A stretch of 64,000 nucleotides of DNA from Eledone cirrhosa (Eukaryota). The stretch covers positions 104,842,001-104,906,000 of the forward strand of contig OZ024744.1 in the NCBI GenBank assembly GCA_964016885.1. Reading direction: 5' to 3'. This document shows, one piece after another, positions 62,564 through 64,000 of the stretch. The notes beneath the pieces were generated by a model, which saw nothing but the letters and a program-made list of their open reading frames with translations, ran no database searches and was not told the DNA's origin. Numbering within the stretch: the first letter of the stretch is position 1; each line of letters opens with the position of its first letter. A program made the translations under genes and the position numbers.

Positions 62564-63602
62564 GATGATGATGATATATATAAATGTATATGTGTATGTA
62601 TCTGTATATGTATATATGGGGGTATAGATGTGTATGTGTGGATATAGATATATATGGATATGTAGATATATGATTATATGCATGCGTGTGGATGTGTATT
62701 TAGGTTTGCATCTATTTGCACGTATGTATATTTTGGTTAGATATCAATATAATTGTACCTCTCTCTGTATGTGGTGTGAATATATGCACTTTGTAGACTA
62801 TGAAATTTATGTGTTTTAACTATGCCAACATGTACTTATCTGAGTTTGATTGTTTATGCATAAACATACTTAGTGATATTTTAGAGCGTATAATATGTTA
62901 TATTATACTGAGTGCAATTTACCACACCGTACTATATTCTGTTGGTTAAGTTGTATATTATTGCATTACTATATCACGTTAAGTTGTATATTATCACATT
63001 ACTATATCACAGTATCTTATAATAATTTTCATCTTTTAATATACTATCTTTCCTAGCCATAACATTAATTTATATTCACCTTAAAACTCAATACAACACT
63101 AATCACCATTTATTTTGACATTCCTTTTAAATTCACTATACAAGATACATTCAACTATCAGTTTGACAATCCCCTTCCTTCCTAATAGATTTTTATGCCA
63201 TTTCTACTAACACCTTTCAACCATTCCTTTCAAAGGGTCATGACCTCAACTAAAGTGTATTACTTTTCATCTTAACACCATATGAAAAAAACAATTAAAT
63301 TCATTAGTTCTTTCACTACCTCCAAATAATTATTATTGAATAAAATTATTATTGCTTTTGAAAACAGCTGGTGATATGCATGTAAGTAAATATTCTCTCT
63401 ATCTGATAGTTTGTAAACTTACATAGATCAATAACTGAGTATAGATACAATGTATTATCACCATCTAGAAATGATCGTAAAGCAGTGAAGTATATCTCTA
63501 ATGACTTGATTTTTTATTTCATTGTTTTAACTTATATATATATATATATATATATATAAGAGTATTGAAGTTTGCTTGGAGCATTGCGGAATAATAAGAT
63601 TT

Positions 63603-63910
63603 ATTTTCTTTTTAACGGAAAACACCATGCTGTCTGGCTATCTCTATCCCTATCTACCTCATACGATCTACCTCTTTTTTATTAATCCCTTGCTTGTCTT
63701 TCAAGCAAGTTGGTCTTTACTCCTATGGACGTATAAACCTTTAAACTATCTCATAACCATTCCTATGTTCGTCTTTCCAAGTCATATGCTTTTACACTTT
63801 GAGCCCAGTTTACATCAATATATCCCTATATATCTCTATTTTCCTTTTAATGGAAAACACCATGCTGTCTGTCTATCTCTCTCCCTATCTACCTCATACG
63901 ATCTACCTCT
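63603..63910. repeat. ~73-bp direct repeat at ~235-bp spacing
   Basis: ttttaa(c/t)ggaaaacaccatgctgtctg...catacgatctacctct present twice. Confidence 0.8.
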
Positions 63911-64000
63911 TAAGGTTATCTGTCGGAGAGGAGTGATACGTCTCCTCTGCTGTTCGTTGTTTTGAATAACAGGTATTCAGCAGAGTGCGCAGAATAAGTC

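Larger units (their letters stand above)
59752..63537 (+). mobile_element. Penelope-like element with inverted 5' duplication: arms 59752-61530 and 62020-63537 flanking a GIY-YIG segment
   Basis: Long near-identical inverted arms; spacer encodes VVYKC...YIGST...FKKRFYAH...LLNKRQELIIVCNH. Confidence 0.9.

Overview
AT-rich eukaryotic DNA that is almost entirely transposon- and microsatellite-derived. The SINE, RTE and (TATG)n content suggests an octopod cephalopod (inference). No confidently identifiable host gene. Elements seen: several RTE LINE families (one young, 5'-truncated but uninterrupted RT ORF with three C2H2 fingers, 28713-31460), CR1 LINEs, R4/Dong-like RLE LINEs sitting in (TATG)n, three Penelope-like GIY-YIG remnants, a CsRn1/Kabuki-type Gypsy, two copies of a divergent Gypsy-like LTR lineage, a Copia remnant, a mariner, hAT and piggyBac MITEs, three non-autonomous Helitrons, Deu/Nin-domain and CORE SINEs, and large satellites. 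Highlights: (1) both divergent Gypsy-like elements lack a TGG primer-binding site and instead carry, flush against the LTR, the complement of nucleotides 1-12 (the 5' end) of tRNA-Phe, inside a putative intron; (2) four hammerhead ribozyme motifs, three with the U3:A8 core variant, two of them back-to-back in a ~600-bp fold-back retroelement; (3) repeated fold-back (inverted 5' duplication) insertion structures whose second arm preserves the empty sites of later insertions; (4) a twin-priming-type 5' inversion in an RTE; (5) a 2.5-kb satellite visibly seeded from LINE coding sequence. All family assignments were made by eye and no database search was run.
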